A DNA stretch of 64,000 nt, taken from assembly GCA_001804285.1 (NCBI GenBank), contig MHFR01000043.1:22970-86969 (forward strand), read 5' to 3'. Positions 62,989 through 64,000 of the stretch are shown piece after piece (the first letter of the stretch is position 1; every line of letters starts with the position of its first letter). The notes beneath the pieces are model-generated. The model was given only the letters and a program-made list of their open reading frames with translations. It ran no database searches and had not been told where the DNA came from. The translations under genes and the position numbers were made by a program. This stretch comes from Candidatus Danuiimicrobium aquiferis. GTDB taxonomy: Bacteria; Omnitrophota; Omnitrophia; Omnitrophales; Danuiimicrobiaceae.

Positions 62989-63795
62989 TTACAAACGGTA
63001 TTCGTTCAAATGAGAATCTTCGGGTAAATACTTGACTTTATAACTTCCGGAATCTAAAAAAAGCCGCATGGCGGAATCTTTGACATGATAAATCAAAAAA
63101 CCGAGGACCGCAGCTTCGCTTTCGCTTACGCCTTTCGATTCCTGTAAAACACCGAACTTCACAATAAAATCGTTTTGATATTTTCGAAGCAACGGAGAAA
63201 GAAAAATCTTCTTTTTCCCGGGAATGATCCGATTCTTTGTGATGTCCTCCGCAAACAGCCGGGCCGCTTCATTCAATTGGTCTTCAATCGTCGTTCCTCG
63301 ATAGACTAAATTTGAAAGCTTCGGAGAATCTTTTCTTCCCGAAACAAGAGCGGTCAGAATCCGTTCATCACGAAATCGCTCCCGCAAAAAACCATTCTGA
63401 ATCTTTGCTAAGCTTAAATTTTGATCGGCAAGCTGAATCGCCTCCGATAGAAATATTTCCGGATTGTCAGCAACTTTTGAAAGAGGATATTTTTTAAGGA
63501 TTTCCCGAATCACACCGGCATTATAAGTGTTAATCCAAAACGCGATCTGGTCTTCCCGCGAAAACGAATTTAATCGTTCCGTCGACAGTTGTGTAACCAA
63601 TCCAAAATAAGAATCCAAATCTGACAAACCCGTCTGTTTAATTTCCCGATAATCAATCAGGCCTTCATGAATATCCCGATTAAAAATTCTGTCGAGAGAT
63701 TCATAAGTTACAACATCTTCAGCATAAGCTATAGGAAGGACAAAAAACCAAAAAAGAATAATGGCCAGATAACAAGCTAAACGGTTAAATCTCAT
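62989..63795 (-). CDS. DUF547-domain protein with N-terminal signal peptide
   Basis: AFWINTYNAGVI motif characteristic of DUF547; hydrophobic N-terminus. Confidence 0.65.
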   Translation of the reverse strand: MRFNRLACYLAIILFWFFVLPIAYAEDVVTYESLDRIFNRDIHEGLIDYREIKQTGLSDLDSYFGLVTQLSTERLNSFSREDQIAFWINTYNAGVIREILKKYPLSKVADNPEIFLSEAIQLADQNLSLAKIQNGFLRERFRDERILTALVSGRKDSPKLSNLVYRGTTIEDQLNEAARLFAEDITKNRIIPGKKKIFLSPLLRKYQNDFIVKFGVLQESKGVSESEAAVLGFLIYHVKDSAMRLFLDSGSYKVKYLPEDSHLNEYRL

Positions 63796-63865
63796 AGGGT
63801 TACAAACTCAAAAATTTTAATTAATGAAAAAATTAATGAAAATAGATAAGCAGCTGACTGAAGAA

Positions 63866-64000
63866 TCAAAAAACCAAACCGTTCTTTTTCAAAAAATCAA
63901 GGTCATCCCGGTTTAATTTAAATTCAAGCTTGGGCTGTTTCCCGGAAGAAGACATCTCCTCCTCCAACTCACGAAGCATCCCAACGCCGAATTCGTCGTA
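63866..64000 (-). CDS. 3' end of a minus-strand ORF that continues beyond the window (final 44 codons)
   Basis: In-frame from the window edge to a TGA at 63866-63868; too short to evaluate. Confidence 0.2.
   Translation of the reverse strand, partial: YDEFGVGMLRELEEEMSSSGKQPKLEFKLNRDDLDFLKKNGLVF

Noticed and set aside
1-64000. Looked for CRISPR arrays, rRNA genes and intact tRNA genes.
   Set aside because: No regularly spaced short direct repeats with unique spacers, no rRNA-like conserved stretches, and no complete cloverleaf were found. The only tRNA-like sequence is the truncated tRNA-Pro half at 62786-62824.

Overview
This 64 kb bacterial chromosomal segment is moderately AT-rich and gene-dense, and contains no rRNA genes or CRISPR arrays. 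Nearly all calls rest on reading the ORF translations for motifs; no searches were run.

Positions 1 to about 17.7 kb look like an integrated mobile or defence island. It starts with a 5'-truncated tyrosine integrase. A long minus-strand cluster of uncharacterised genes follows, centred on a MoxR-type AAA+ ATPase and a VWA protein with an N-terminal HExxH metallopeptidase-like domain. The cluster also holds two tandem paralogous Cys-rich proteins. Further along are a TraD/VirD4-like coupling ATPase, a replication-relaxation-like protein, an XhoI/PaeR7I-like type II restriction-modification (RM) pair with a gamma-class N6-adenine methyltransferase, a polytopic membrane protein and a Zn-ribbon protein.

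From 17.9 to 23.8 kb there is a two-component block on the plus strand: response regulator (RR), histidine kinase (HK), HK, then RR, with a convergent RR on the minus strand. Three evenly spaced TGTAACA-N5-TGTTACA palindromes sit in front of the first kinase.

From 24 to 47 kb there are two co-directional giant surface-protein genes of 1618 aa and 5712 aa. The larger one has about 13 tandem Ig-like repeats of about 92 aa, a LamG-like lectin domain, long YD/Rhs-type repeat regions and a C-terminal region that may be a toxin. A small ORF with an ATGA overlap follows it immediately and could be an immunity protein.

From 47 to 51.3 kb there is an AT-rich operon of overlapping small ORFs of unknown function. 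It is divergent from an XRE-HTH/cupin regulator gene that has a near-consensus sigma70-like promoter.

From 52.8 to 62.3 kb there is a second receiver-domain-rich two-component block with a third paralogous kinase. Embedded in it is a small fatty-acid-like cassette: a SAM methyltransferase, a receiver domain, a beta-ketoacyl-ACP synthase (KAS), an acyl carrier protein (ACP), an enoyl-CoA hydratase and an SGNH hydrolase.

A roughly 600 bp noncoding gap (62.4 to 63.0 kb) holds the 5' half of a tRNA-Pro(UGG) gene, cut off exactly after the anticodon loop. Its first 12 nt are duplicated inside a nearby hairpin. A DUF547 protein gene and a short partial ORF close the window.
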